In this document: positions 1 through 7,157 of the stretch, in pieces | How positions within the stretch are numbered: the first letter of the stretch is position 1 | How the letters are laid out: the number at the start of each line of letters is the position of its first letter | Assembly: GCA_964464205.1 (NCBI GenBank) | Contig: CAYXFI010000001.1 | Location: forward strand, 1 to 56,425 | From: an uncultured Cytophagia bacterium | Lineage (GTDB): Bacteria; Zhuqueibacterota; Zhuqueibacteria; Oleimicrobiales; Geothermoviventaceae | Direction: 5' to 3' | Length of the DNA: 56,425 bases | Program-made: the position numbers and the translations under genes | Notes under the pieces: model-generated | Told to the model about the DNA's origin: nothing | Seen by the model: the letters and a program-made list of their open reading frames with translations, nothing else | Databases searched by the model: none

Positions 1-199
1 GGGTGCTGCTCGGAGTACTCGAAGGGGTGCTGCTCGGAGTACTCGAAGGGGTGCTCGAAGAAGTCCCTGACGGAGGAGGATCGCTGGGAGTAGGAGTACT
101 CGAAGGGGTGCTGCTCGGAGTACTCGAAGGGGTGCTGCTCGGAGTGCTCGAAGGGGTGCTGCTCGGAGTGCTCGAAGGGGTGCTGCTCGGAGTTGACGA
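1..199 (-). repeat. Tandem 24-nt units encoding (SSTPSSTP)n on the minus strand
   Basis: Repeated ggggtgctgctcggagtactcgaa units visible directly. Related units occur at 56376..56425 and 48558..49617. Confidence 0.85.
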
Positions 200-451
200 C
201 GGTTCCTCAACGACAAATGCCTTAACGGCAATCATCCCGGTGACCGTCGTTCCCATCTTGCTGGCGTAATGTTTCGTCAAACCGGGCCGCGATCCGCCTC
301 TCAAAGCTGAGAGGTACGGATCGACGGTCCGGACATTGACGGCCCAAGGTGATGAGTACACAGAGCGAGACTGAGCTAGCGTGTGAAACGCCTCGCGACG
401 CACCACGCCGGCCTGCGGCCACCGAATCTCAATGGTCTTCGCTTTCGCCAT
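1..451 (-). CDS. Small protein with C-terminal (SSTP)n mucin-like tail; 5' part of a gene that runs off the window start
   Basis: Not in the ORF track because no stop is reached. ATG at 451-449, 10 nt after the stop of the 462..1142 gene. Hand translation MAKAKTIEIRWPQAGVVRREAFHTLAQ...KMGTTVTGMIAVKAFVVEEPSSTPSSTPSS... stays open to nt 1. The frame is continuous with 56368..56425 if the 23-nt end overlap is joined (486 nt, 161 aa). Confidence 0.55.
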   Translation of the reverse strand, partial: MAKAKTIEIRWPQAGVVRREAFHTLAQSRSVYSSPWAVNVRTVDPYLSALRGGSRPGLTKHYASKMGTTVTGMIAVKAFVVEEPSSTPSSTPSSTPSSTPSSTPSSTPSSTPSSTPSSTPTPSDPPPSGTSSSTPSSTPSSTPSSTPSST

Positions 452-461
452 CAAAACGCCG

Positions 462-1142
462 TTACGTGGTTTCGGTGACTTGAATGATCGTCCAGCTCGT
501 ACCGTCGCAATGCAGAATTGCAGCCTCGGCGTCCTCAATTGTGCCGATCGCGCCAGCCGCGTCGTTTTGGAGCGTAATGTGCTCGCCGCCAGTGTTCTTG
601 ATGACGTAGATCTCGTTCGCGCAATCAGCTTCAGGCGGCATCTTCAAAACTTCCGCCGCTCCAGAGGAATTCGGATCAACCAGCAACCAATTGCCGTAAA
701 GCAACGTTCCGGAAGGCGTGCCAGGCACCTTTGTCAACGTGACAGCGGCGTCTGACATGTCGATCGTCTGAGCCTCGAACGGCAACGCCTTGGTAACGCC
801 GGCGCGAGAAAGCATGCGCCAGTAGTAAGACGCTCCGACCTTCGTGGAAATCAGCTCCACGATACTCCCAGCCGTATTCAGCGTGAAGGTTGTCTGACCG
901 GGAATGTCATACCCGCCGGTAACGGTAACCGTGACATCGCCTCCGTCCGTGTCAAACAAAAGCACACAGCGCAATCCCGCCTTGGTGGGCTGCGCCAAAG
1001 TGCGGGTCTCGTCAGCTCCCGTGCTCACGATCGGAACAATCGCTAAATCGCGATCGACGGTGATCGTTCCAGCGTCACCCGGATCGGTCATCATGTGCGG
1101 GGCCAACAACAGGTCGTGCAGGATTCTCAAAGCAGTCGTCAT
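462..1142 (-). CDS. Hypothetical virion-block protein
   Basis: ORF track gives 462..1208. I prefer the ATG at 1142 (GAGG 8 nt upstream; MTTALRIL...). No motif recognised; placed by position among structural genes. Confidence 0.55.
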   Translation of the reverse strand: MTTALRILHDLLLAPHMMTDPGDAGTITVDRDLAIVPIVSTGADETRTLAQPTKAGLRCVLLFDTDGGDVTVTVTGGYDIPGQTTFTLNTAGSIVELISTKVGASYYWRMLSRAGVTKALPFEAQTIDMSDAAVTLTKVPGTPSGTLLYGNWLLVDPNSSGAAEVLKMPPEADCANEIYVIKNTGGEHITLQNDAAGAIGTIEDAEAAILHCDGTSWTIIQVTETT

Positions 1143-1225
1143 TGTGAGGACCTCAAATTGAGTGGGACGCGACGCTACGGCCGCGGGGACACAACAACGC
1201 AGACACAACGGCCTACGACAAAATG

Positions 1226-1597
1226 CTAGCGTTCAATGTAAAAGGTAATCGTTCCGGCTTTCGATGCTCCACCCTGAGCGCCAACAATCTTGATTCGTTC
1301 GTTCAGGATGAACACGGGAACCTCGGTAAGCGACGAAGCAGAGCCATCAGCCGCCTTGTTCGCCGCAGCTACTGGGTAGAACCACGCGTCCGCCGCCGGG
1401 ACGTTCGTGTACGACAAGATCGGCAACGCCGACTTTTCTCCGGTGATTGTCAAATCGAGCGTGTTGGCTAAGTTGCCGTACTCGTACTTGATCGCCCGAA
1501 TGATCCCGGGACCCGTGATATTGGGCGGCGTATACGCCGTCACGTCGCCCGAGGCGTCCGTGCTAAGCGTAACCTCAAGCTCTTGAACCTGAAACAT
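1226..1597 (-). CDS. Hypothetical small beta-rich virion-block protein
   Basis: ORF track gives 1226..1603 with a GTG start. The ATG at 1597 lies 2 nt after the stop of 1600..2820 and has GGAG upstream. Confidence 0.55.
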   Translation of the reverse strand: MFQVQELEVTLSTDASGDVTAYTPPNITGPGIIRAIKYEYGNLANTLDLTITGEKSALPILSYTNVPAADAWFYPVAAANKAADGSASSLTEVPVFILNERIKIVGAQGGASKAGTITFYIER

Positions 1598-1599
1598 GA

Positions 1600-2820
1600 T
1601 CACATCTCCACATCATCGATGGTAACAGCTCCAACCAGGATAGTTGGAGGCCACTCAAGCCGCTCCTCGCCGCCCTTGTCTGGCCCAAGCTCCGAAGGAC
1701 TCGTCGCGTCCTGGTCCGCAGCAATCGCAGCAGCCAGGAGCTCCTGGAAGTGTTTCGCGTAAACCCCCTCGTTCTCTTCAAGCAGCCGCTCGCCGGCCGC
1801 CAGGCACGCTTCGATGATGACCTGCGACAGAATTTCTCCGCCAATGGGGTAGGGATTCGAGTCGCTGATCATCGTCGGTCGAAGCCGCATCCGGCCAATC
1901 AGCACGTACACGTCATCGGGCGTCGGATAAAGCAGGAGCCGGCGGCGCGACCCGACCGTCGGATCGTATTCCACCGTAACAACCGCCGCCATGAGCGGTC
2001 GATCGGTGTACTCCTCATCCTGCCGATACCGGCGCAGCTTCTGCTCGTGAATGATCGGGATGGGAGGATAGTAGCTCGACGCCTCCGGCTCGTACATGAG
2101 CTCCTCGCCGATGATCGCGTCAAACCCGCTCGGCAAGTCGTACTCGGGACGTCCAAGCGTGTAAGAAGTGCCGGAATCCACATCAACAGACGTATCCTCC
2201 AGCGTGATCTGCGTATCGCTATCTCGTGAGCTGATCCGATAGTTGCCGCTCTCCACCGCAAGCACGCCGCTGGCGGCCCAGGACGGGAATGTCCCGCCTG
2301 TGAGCGTCACCACGCCGCTGGACACCTCAACCGTGCCAGTCGTGTAAGGTTCGCTCGTCGTGATTACCTGCCGAGGACGAAGAAAGCTCCACGGGTAAGC
2401 CGTGTAGACAGCCTGAAGCCCGTGTCGGATGCAGTCGTTGATGTCAGCAAGCTGAGCGGTCGAGAAACCGGAACGAATACCGTAAAGCCGACGACCCACA
2501 ATCTCAACGAGACTCGAATAGCTGACCTCCATCGAATCGGAGATCGCAAGCTCGACGTCGATTTCCGTGTAGTAGGTCGCTCCACGGTAAACCGACTTCA
2601 CCCACGCCGTGTAAGTCAACCCAGACGCCGGCTCAGTAAACTCGTACTCATACTCGCCGGTCGCTGTCTTCGTCATCGCTGTTCCGGCAGAGACGACAGT
2701 AGCACCAGTATCATTGCGTTTGATCCCGTAAGAGCCGTCCTCATCAGACAACACTACCGAATCAGGATCAGTCAGCGATCCGCCGTACTTGAACGAGAAC
2801 TGAATTGTCCGTGTGCTCAT
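1600..2820 (-). CDS. Hypothetical virion structural protein (406 aa)
   Basis: Long ORF, tightly packed in the structural block. No motif recognised. Confidence 0.6.
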   Translation of the reverse strand: MSTRTIQFSFKYGGSLTDPDSVVLSDEDGSYGIKRNDTGATVVSAGTAMTKTATGEYEYEFTEPASGLTYTAWVKSVYRGATYYTEIDVELAISDSMEVSYSSLVEIVGRRLYGIRSGFSTAQLADINDCIRHGLQAVYTAYPWSFLRPRQVITTSEPYTTGTVEVSSGVVTLTGGTFPSWAASGVLAVESGNYRISSRDSDTQITLEDTSVDVDSGTSYTLGRPEYDLPSGFDAIIGEELMYEPEASSYYPPIPIIHEQKLRRYRQDEEYTDRPLMAAVVTVEYDPTVGSRRRLLLYPTPDDVYVLIGRMRLRPTMISDSNPYPIGGEILSQVIIEACLAAGERLLEENEGVYAKHFQELLAAAIAADQDATSPSELGPDKGGEERLEWPPTILVGAVTIDDVEM

Positions 2821-2827
2821 GATCCAC

Positions 2828-3391
2828 CTACGTGTGCGACACGCTCAACGTAACATCCTGAGCTTCGTCGCTGCTTTTGTCTCGTTCAGCCGATACCTTC
2901 CCGCTGGAAGTCGGAAACGCTGGAGATCCTACCCGCAATTCGGCTTTCTCGTACTTGAGCGCGCCACCGAAGTAGTCATACTCCTCACTCCACTCGTGAA
3001 CCAGTGTTGCAGGCGCGTAGCTCATGAGAAGAGTTGCAATCACGTCAGAAATCTCAAACAGGGAAGCATCGTCACAGTCTAACGAGAACCGATCAGTGAC
3101 GTTCGAGAAGCTGTAATCGCCCGGATTCAGCGTCCCAGCGTCGCTGTCCGAAACGATAGTCGCCAACACGTCGGCCGCTTCATCACGACCGCCGGCATCA
3201 TCGCAGTCAAGAGTCCGATCCTCACTGGAATTTGAAAACGTGTAAAGAGATGGGTCCCACGTTGACTCCTGCATGTCATAGATCATCGTCCCGAGAACAT
3301 CAGCAAGCTCATCCAACGAAAAATCAGACAGGTCGATCGTCCGGGTGAGCGTGATGTTCGTAATCGTGAATACGCCGGTCGTGCTGCTCAT
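2828..3391 (-). CDS. Acidic protein with three ~45-aa internal repeats
   Basis: ATG at 3391 overlaps the stop of the upstream glycosyltransferase gene (ATGA). Repeats: DLSDFSLDELADVLGT / LDCDDAGGRDEAADVLAT / LDCDDASLFEISDVIAT. Confidence 0.55.
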   Translation of the reverse strand: MSSTTGVFTITNITLTRTIDLSDFSLDELADVLGTMIYDMQESTWDPSLYTFSNSSEDRTLDCDDAGGRDEAADVLATIVSDSDAGTLNPGDYSFSNVTDRFSLDCDDASLFEISDVIATLLMSYAPATLVHEWSEEYDYFGGALKYEKAELRVGSPAFPTSSGKVSAERDKSSDEAQDVTLSVSHT

Positions 3392-4323
3392 GCTGCTTCC
3401 GCCTCGTGCCAATCCGGAACAGGAGCGAAATGATCAATCAACCACTGAAGCGGATACTTGGCTCCAGGCCACTTGTTGTTCATCCAGAGATCGCGGGAAT
3501 ACGCCCTGGCGTGTTCAACCTGCTTCTGGGAGATCGGGTAAGGCCAACTGGATTCCCCATTCCGCGAAAAGTTGCCGGTACGAAACATGTGAGCAAACCA
3601 CGTCTTCCGAGACGTGACCAGCTTTCCTCCTGACAGCCATGCCTTGCACGCAAGCTCGACGCCGAACTGTCCCCAAGAACCATGAGCCTCGTCCATGCCG
3701 CCCAACTCCCAGTACCGCTCGCGCTCCAGAAACATGCAGGCCCCGTTGCAGCACATCGTCTCAACAATGTCGCCTTGAGACTCCTGGCGTTTTCCATGCG
3801 CTCGCCAATACTTGAACTGGAGGTTCTTGTCGAACCGCCAAGAAATCGTCAGCTTGTTCTTCCTGGGCCCCCAGAGGACCTGCATCGTGAATTCAGACTT
3901 GCCACACTTCTCGCACTTCTGCGGCTGAGAGCCCTGGTACACGACCTCGCCGCAGTTGTCGCACATCCAGTCGAACGCATGAAGGTTGTACATGCTCGGG
4001 ACCATGGTCCAGTTCGGCTGGCAGTCCTCCATCAGCTTGACGTCAAAACCCTCGTCAACGGCGCAGTGAGCGTCGATCTTCATTACGTACTTGGCCTGCG
4101 AGATTCGAGCCCCCTCGTTCGTCGCCGCTCGCTGTCCGATACTCTCCGTGTGATGAACGATCACAACCCGCGGATGATCGTAGATGACCGGAGTTGGCCA
4201 GTAGCCATCAAGAATCGCGATGATCTCCGTATCGGCGCGAAGATTCATGAGGATGTTCTCAATCGTGTTCTTGAGAAACACCTCATTTCGAGCCGGAATG
4301 ATAACTGACAAGTCACGCATCAT
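3388..4323 (-). CDS. GT-A glycosyltransferase resembling the polypeptide GalNAc-transferase (GT27-like) catalytic domain, DxH type, with an inserted zinc ribbon
   Basis: Start is MMRDLSVIIPARNE (ATG 4323, ATGA overlap with the upstream stop). Motifs: SVIIPARNE; KIDAHC (DxH); GGMDEAHGSWGQFGVELACKAWLSGGKLVTSRKTWFAHMFR, which parallels the animal Gal/GalNAc-T motif WGGENxExSFRxWxCGGxLExxPCSxVGHVFR. Inserted CDNCGEVVYQGSQPQKCEKCG. Confidence 0.8.
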   Translation of the reverse strand: MMRDLSVIIPARNEVFLKNTIENILMNLRADTEIIAILDGYWPTPVIYDHPRVVIVHHTESIGQRAATNEGARISQAKYVMKIDAHCAVDEGFDVKLMEDCQPNWTMVPSMYNLHAFDWMCDNCGEVVYQGSQPQKCEKCGKSEFTMQVLWGPRKNKLTISWRFDKNLQFKYWRAHGKRQESQGDIVETMCCNGACMFLERERYWELGGMDEAHGSWGQFGVELACKAWLSGGKLVTSRKTWFAHMFRTGNFSRNGESSWPYPISQKQVEHARAYSRDLWMNNKWPGAKYPLQWLIDHFAPVPDWHEAEAA

Positions 4324-4982
4324 TTCTTCTTGATCACCGCATAGACGATCGCTCTGCCTGTCACCCAACGATCCCAATCAACCATTGACCAGACGCTGAT
4401 GTCCCCCAGCACATCCGTCAAAAAGAATTCCTGCTCCTCGTTCCAGATCCTGCAAAGGTTCCCGCCGCCAAGCTGCTGGATGTTCCAGAAATGCTGCCCG
4501 AGATAACTCTGCTGCCTTCCCTCATTCTCGAAGTGCTCAAGAAAAATCACGCCTCCAGACTTACAGACCCGGAGGAACTCAGAAATCGCCTTCATCGGGT
4601 CTTCGGTATGATCCAGCGCGTTCCTGCAATGAACAAGATCGAACGTACCAGAAGCGTAGGGCATCTCCTCCATGTCCGCATACTCAACAGGATGAACTGG
4701 AGAAATCCCAGCTTCCTCGAACAGCTCCTCCCACTGCTTCGCCAAAATGTCGCAAGCGCGCAATGAAATCTTCATGTGGTCATGAAGCGTTCCAACGGTG
4801 GGAAACGGTCCGCTGCCGACATCCAGAATCGCGACTTCAGGCTTTCCATGAACGAACTTCTCCAGATGGGGCTGCAAGTGAAACTCGCGGTTCCACTCGT
4901 CCGCCTTCCTCTTGATCTTCCGACGGTAATGCTTCAGCGTCTGCCAATACCGCCGCTCGTCAATGACGCTCGTTGAACTCAC
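4320..4982 (-). CDS. Class I SAM-dependent methyltransferase
   Basis: GTG start overlapping the upstream stop (GTGA). Motifs VAILDVGSGP (motif I), FDLVHCRNALDH, GGVIFLEH. Confidence 0.8.
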   Translation of the reverse strand: MSSTSVIDERRYWQTLKHYRRKIKRKADEWNREFHLQPHLEKFVHGKPEVAILDVGSGPFPTVGTLHDHMKISLRACDILAKQWEELFEEAGISPVHPVEYADMEEMPYASGTFDLVHCRNALDHTEDPMKAISEFLRVCKSGGVIFLEHFENEGRQQSYLGQHFWNIQQLGGGNLCRIWNEEQEFFLTDVLGDISVWSMVDWDRWVTGRAIVYAVIKKK

Positions 4983-5710
4983 CTGGAGCCTTTCCTGCTC
5001 AAGTTGTGGAACAATCCGAACGGATTGTAGTCAGGATCTCCGCAAAACCTGCCATTCGGAATCAGATAGAGGACTGGCCGCTCATCGTCCGGAATGAGCG
5101 TGATCTCGCCCTGCTTGGCCAATTGCTTGTAAGCTCGCTTCAGTGGCATCTCCTCTCGATTCGGATACCTTCCGCTCCCAACTTTCTTCTCCGACACGCC
5201 TCCGAGCTTCTCGTAGAGCTCTCGTCTCATCGCAAAGCTGTTGGTGTGAGGCGACACGCGAAATCCTCGACGCCGCCCGGGCTTCCCCGCAAACCCATAT
5301 CGCTTCACGTCCTCCCACGTCTGGACTATTTCTCCATCAACACTCAAAATCGCAACTTCCCGCTTGAACCTGATCACGTCGTACTCAGCTTTCAGAACGG
5401 TCTCAATCAGCTCCTTCGAAATGATGTGGTCGATATCCGTGCAAAGCACCCACTCGCCAGTTGCGCAGTTCACGCCGTAGTTCCGAGCTGCCGGCTGCGT
5501 CCAGGCCGCCGGGTGATGGTGCCGCACAATCCGGTAGCACTTCGGAGCGTCTTGAACTCGACTCATCCCAACAGACAACGGCGGCTCACTTCCATCGTCC
5601 ACCAAAACAAGCTCGACTCCATCAGGCAACGGCATCCTCGCGAAGTGGAGCATTTGCCTCCGCACCACTTCGTGACTGTCGAGGACAGCGATGACGATCG
5701 AAAGTTTCAT
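4979..5710 (-). CDS. Family-2-type (GT-A) glycosyltransferase
   Basis: MKLSIVIAVLDSHE, LVLVDDGSEP, CTDIDHI (DxD). ATGA overlap with the upstream gene. Confidence 0.8.
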   Translation of the reverse strand: MKLSIVIAVLDSHEVVRRQMLHFARMPLPDGVELVLVDDGSEPPLSVGMSRVQDAPKCYRIVRHHHPAAWTQPAARNYGVNCATGEWVLCTDIDHIISKELIETVLKAEYDVIRFKREVAILSVDGEIVQTWEDVKRYGFAGKPGRRRGFRVSPHTNSFAMRRELYEKLGGVSEKKVGSGRYPNREEMPLKRAYKQLAKQGEITLIPDDERPVLYLIPNGRFCGDPDYNPFGLFHNLSRKGSR

Positions 5711-6399
5711 CTGTTTTCCCAGAAAGCCGTCGCGATCTTGTCCTTGGTCACATACCAGGGATCAATGTGATGAGCGTAGGTGTAAGCTCGAACCGCTTCA
5801 ATCACTCCGGTGTCGTGCCACACCATGTCGTGAACCATGATCACCCCGCCAGCACGGACCTTCCTGGCCCAGTAGATGATGTCAGGACAACAGAAATCGA
5901 ACTCGTGGTTGCCGTCAATATGAACGAAGTCGAGGCTTCTGTCCTTGACTCGCGAAAGCGCTTCAGCGCTCGTCGTCTTCCAGAGGCGAACGTTGAGAGA
6001 GGAAAGGTTCTCCACCGCCTGGCGATAATTGCGAGCCAACCGCTGACTTCCACACCACGGGTCAATGCCGATCAAATGAAGATCAGGATTCGCCTTGCAC
6101 CAAATCAGCGCCGACTTGCCGCGAGCAACTCCGATCTCCGCTCCAAGACGACAGCCCATATCGCGCAGCAAGAAACCGAGCGACTCCCGCCCAGGGTCCC
6201 GGCGCGCAGTGCTGAGCGGCCGAGCGAGGACCGGAAGATTCTCCAGCGCCCTACCGCGGAACTTGAAGTGCTTCCTCAGGCAATCCTCGAACGAGGCCGT
6301 TTTTACGGCCCCTGGCTCTGGAGTTCCTTGAGGTACTCCTGCTGGAACTGAGCTTTCGCCAGCGTGAGAACCGCCTGTTCTTCGTTGATCCGTTTCCAT
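5707..6399 (-). CDS. Class I SAM-dependent methyltransferase (CmcI/Methyltransf_24-like)
   Basis: GAEIGVARGKS, IGIDPW, FVHIDGNHEFD, GGVIMVHD. Start uncertain: ATG 6399 overlaps the upstream gene by 97 nt, and the next in-frame ATG is at 6159. Confidence 0.7.
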   Translation of the reverse strand: METDQRRTGGSHAGESSVPAGVPQGTPEPGAVKTASFEDCLRKHFKFRGRALENLPVLARPLSTARRDPGRESLGFLLRDMGCRLGAEIGVARGKSALIWCKANPDLHLIGIDPWCGSQRLARNYRQAVENLSSLNVRLWKTTSAEALSRVKDRSLDFVHIDGNHEFDFCCPDIIYWARKVRAGGVIMVHDMVWHDTGVIEAVRAYTYAHHIDPWYVTKDKIATAFWENR

Positions 6400-6743
6400 T
6401 CCGCCAAAGCTCCCAAAAAGAAGGCCGCCTTCGTTTCAACGTCGTCAGTTTGGCGCACTCGTCCCTTGCTCAGCACGCCAAAGCGATCAAGAGTCTTCTT
6501 CAAAGCCGCATCGCTCAATGGCTCCGCTTTGCCATTGATCAGAACTCCAAGGATCAAACCAGCGCGTTCCTTCGCACCGAGAGGCGCAAGAGGAGGAGAC
6601 ACATCAGCTTTTGCGACCAACGATGCTGTAGCCGGCTGCTTAACGTCCTCGCCGTTAGTTGCGCAGGCCATGCACACGAAGAACACTGCCATCATGGCGG
6701 CATAAGCACAGAATTGAATCGCGTCGCTTTTATGCTTGCTCAC
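6303..6743 (-). CDS. Putative secreted or lipoprotein-like protein
   Basis: GTG start overlapping the upstream stop (GTGA). N-terminal hydrophobic AYAAMMAVFFVCMACATNG with a possible lipobox Cys. Confidence 0.45.
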   Translation of the reverse strand: MSKHKSDAIQFCAYAAMMAVFFVCMACATNGEDVKQPATASLVAKADVSPPLAPLGAKERAGLILGVLINGKAEPLSDAALKKTLDRFGVLSKGRVRQTDDVETKAAFFLGALAEWKRINEEQAVLTLAKAQFQQEYLKELQSQGP

Positions 6744-7147
6744 GGCTCCACCTCCGCTCCTTCTTCGGTTCCTAGATCAGTTTCCAGCTCGGTATCAGTC
6801 TCGGTCTCAACGGTCGTGTTCGCCGTCTTCTCTTTCTCATGCTTGAGAAAGCTGCGATGCCACTTCCGCAACTCGTTGAGATAGAAGCGGGCCTTCGTCT
6901 TGTTGTCAGCCTCCTGATCTCCATGATGGTACTGCCAGACAAGATCCGCCCACTTGGCGGCTACCTGTACGCTTGCGTAGTCCACCTTGTCGGCCGCGTA
7001 GTTGGCGGGGGTCGTGACGTTGCCGTCCTTGATCAGGTCCATGATGATGCGAGCACGGACAACGTGCGAGAGCGGAGCAGCAGTGACCGGTTGAGTGATC
7101 GCGGCCAGCACGAGCAGAGCCGCCAGAATGAGCGTGAGTCGTTGCAT
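6740..7147 (-). CDS. Secreted or membrane-anchored small protein
   Basis: ATG 7147 preceded by AGGAGG. MQRLTLILAALLVLAAITQPVTA-AP looks like a signal peptide or anchor. Acidic T/E-rich C terminus. ORF track gives the longer 6740..7210. Confidence 0.55.
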   Translation of the reverse strand: MQRLTLILAALLVLAAITQPVTAAPLSHVVRARIIMDLIKDGNVTTPANYAADKVDYASVQVAAKWADLVWQYHHGDQEADNKTKARFYLNELRKWHRSFLKHEKEKTANTTVETETDTELETDLGTEEGAEVEP

Positions 7148-7157
7148 CGGATGCCTC

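Noticed and set aside
3-269. Plus-strand ORF MLLGVLEGVLLGV..., and the similar plus-strand ORFs at 48545..49798 (LGV/RRS/ESA-type repeats).
   Set aside because: They are antisense or out-of-frame readings of the S/T/P-coding tandem repeats. The minus-strand frame connects to proper N-terminal domains, RBSs and neighbouring genes.
5707-6399. Treating the 97-nt overlap between the methyltransferase ORF and 6303..6743 as evidence of a programmed frameshift or fused gene.
   Set aside because: It is more likely a start-site ambiguity; the next in-frame ATG is at 6159. No slippery sequence was seen, and this cannot be resolved without expression data.
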